Positions 63,901 through 64,000 of a DNA stretch of 64,000 nt are shown here, one piece after another. Position 1 is the stretch's first letter. Each line of letters starts with the position of its first letter. The notes under the pieces are model-generated. The model was not told the origin of the DNA. It worked only from the letters and a program-made list of their open reading frames with translations, and searched no databases. The position numbers were made by a program, and so were the translations under genes. Source of the stretch: Eledone cirrhosa (Eukaryota). Where the stretch lies: contig OZ024741.1 in assembly GCA_964016885.1 (NCBI GenBank), forward strand, positions 265,918,001 through 265,982,000, written 5' to 3'.

Positions 63901-64000
63901 AACACTCTCTCACACACAAACACTCTCATACACAAACACACTCTCACACCAAAACACTATCTCACACACAGACACTCTCTCATACACAAACACTCTCATA

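Larger units (their letters stand above)
1..64000 (+). repeat. Tandem satellite/minisatellite array, 18-bp consensus CTCTCTCACACACAAACA (reverse complement TGTTTGTGTGTGAGAGAG); runs off both window edges
   Basis: Seen directly: the monomer or a variant with a few substitutions or a 2-bp indel is repeated head-to-tail on every line. No inversion or unique insertion was found. Six-residue periodic translations in all open frames confirm the 18-bp period. Confidence 0.99.

Noticed and set aside
148-63947. Hundreds of short Cys-rich - strand ORFs (CVRECL / VFVCER) resembling metallothionein, keratin-associated or zinc-binding proteins
   Set aside because: They are the reverse-complement translation of the monomer, many opened at the repeat's own TTG/GTG and closed when a 2-bp indel shifts into the TGA frame.
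1-64000. CRISPR array or other repeat-spacer system
   Set aside because: Monomers abut directly with no unique spacers, no leader, no palindromic repeat and no cas or other genes.
1-64000. G-quadruplex, i-motif, hairpin/cruciform, Z-DNA or H-DNA structures
   Set aside because: There are no regular C3/G3 runs, and a strand with almost no G cannot form stable hairpins. (CA)4 and (CT)3-4 tracts are shorter than usually required for Z-DNA or triplex formation.
1-64000. Transposon insertions, tRNA/rRNA, promoters, terminators
   Set aside because: I found no non-repeat stretch longer than a few tens of bases, and no terminal inverted repeats, target-site duplications, poly-A tails or RNA-gene motifs.
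1-64000. Variant order as a functional information code
   Set aside because: The ordered variant strings are adequately explained by duplication history; nothing in the sequence indicates a reader or selection on order.

Overview
The whole 64-kb window is one uninterrupted, single-orientation tandem array (satellite/minisatellite) of an 18-bp monomer, CTCTCTCACACACAAACA = (CT)3(CA)4-AA-CA. That is roughly 3,600 copies by arithmetic, with frequent 16-bp and rarer 17/19/20-bp variants. The + strand has almost no G. I found no unique sequence, gene, RNA gene, transposon or CRISPR array. Every ORF in the track is a translation of the monomer (LSHTQT/SLTHKH/LSHTNT on +, CLCVRE/FVCERV on -) and is rejected. 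The real structure lies in rare variant monomers, which act as landmarks. They reveal (i) nested tandem duplications of 0.2-3.2 kb, (ii) a layered domain structure in which each zone has its own diagnostic variants, and (iii) an ordered ~1.3-1.7 kb module of variants that recurs, rearranged, across more than 40 kb. The source is probably a eukaryotic long-read assembly (inference only). I cannot support a new protein-coding system here. Offsets were read by eye from landmark motifs; block boundaries are approximate (about +/-50-100 bp).
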